Made by a program: the position numbers and the translations under genes
NCBI GenBank assembly: GCA_051532055.1
Contig: JAOPTX010000015.1
Span: forward strand, 153,334 to 217,333
Origin: Fibrobacterales bacterium
GTDB taxonomy: Bacteria > Fibrobacterota > Fibrobacteria > Fibrobacterales > JAOPTW01
Reading direction: 5' to 3'
Length of the DNA stretch: 64,000 nucleotides
Shown here: piece after piece, positions 63,910 through 64,000 of the stretch
Numbering within the stretch: position 1 is the stretch's first letter
Layout of the letters: each line of letters begins with the position of its first letter
Notes under the pieces: model-generated
Databases searched by the model: none
What the model saw: only the letters and a program-made list of their open reading frames with translations
Told to the model about the DNA's origin: nothing

Positions 63910-64000
63910 ATGAAAAAAATAGTGGTTTTGCTTTTATGGCTCTGTGTGTCAATACACGCGCAGTTTGATGATGCATCCATCTATGCCGATGATGTAACCT
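63910..64000 (+). CDS. 5' end of a secreted protein, probably the PilQ secretin (runs off the window)
   Basis: The ATG follows TAGGTG and starts a signal peptide (MKKIVVLLLWLCVSIHAQ). The call rests on position after pilMNOP only. Confidence 0.4.
   Translation, partial: MKKIVVLLLWLCVSIHAQFDDASIYADDVT

Noticed and set aside
1-64000. CRISPR arrays, rRNA genes, IS elements and prophage genes.
   Set aside because: A scan of all intergenic regions longer than 90 nt showed no regularly spaced repeats, no rRNA-like sequence and no transposase, integrase or phage structural ORFs.

Overview
This is a 64-kb, AT-rich bacterial chromosomal segment with high coding density. I found no rRNA, CRISPR array, transposase or integrase.

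All functions below come from motif recognition in the supplied translations and from my own reading of the DNA. No database search was possible.

**Recognisable content, in window order:**
- murI (runs off the left edge) and a SAM-dependent methyltransferase.
- tRNA-Ala(GGC).
- A CusCBA/CzcCBA-type heavy-metal RND efflux operon, followed by an orphan secreted protein.
- ilvBN.
- A Tol/Ton-like motor cluster: ExbB, ExbD, ExbD, an AgmX-type TonB-like protein and a beta-barrel outer-membrane protein.
- The rod-shape cluster mreBCD-mrdA-rodA.
- Two tandem paralogous giant secreted proteins (1783 and 2095 aa). Both carry T9SS-type C-terminal sorting domains, and each sits behind a near-identical promoter.
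- comF.
- A pseudo-receiver/degenerate-GGDEF protein.
- tRNA-Ser(UGA), dapL, a GAF/HD-GYP protein, yqeY, rpsU, a SPOR lipoprotein and rimO.
- A seven-gene operon of mostly unknown function at 43495-49736 on the minus strand.
- trxB, gltBD, two orphan ORFs and tRNA-Pro(GGG).
- A PilZ protein and pilMNO, an unusual PilP fusion, and the start of a probable pilQ.

**Best candidate for an undescribed system:** the seven-gene minus-strand operon. It is built around a MotA/ExbB-like channel with a roughly 400-aa helical tail and a MotB/OmpA-like stator. That pairing is a Zorya-like (ZorAB) core architecture. It is flanked by a receiver protein with Glu at the phospho-acceptor position, a lipoprotein, a secreted parallel beta-helix protein and two cytoplasmic orphans. 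None of these partners shows a recognisable Zorya effector motif.

**Taxonomy:** the T9SS-type sorting domains suggest an FCB-superphylum-like organism. This is inference only. Shine-Dalgarno sites and TTG/GTG starts are common in the window.
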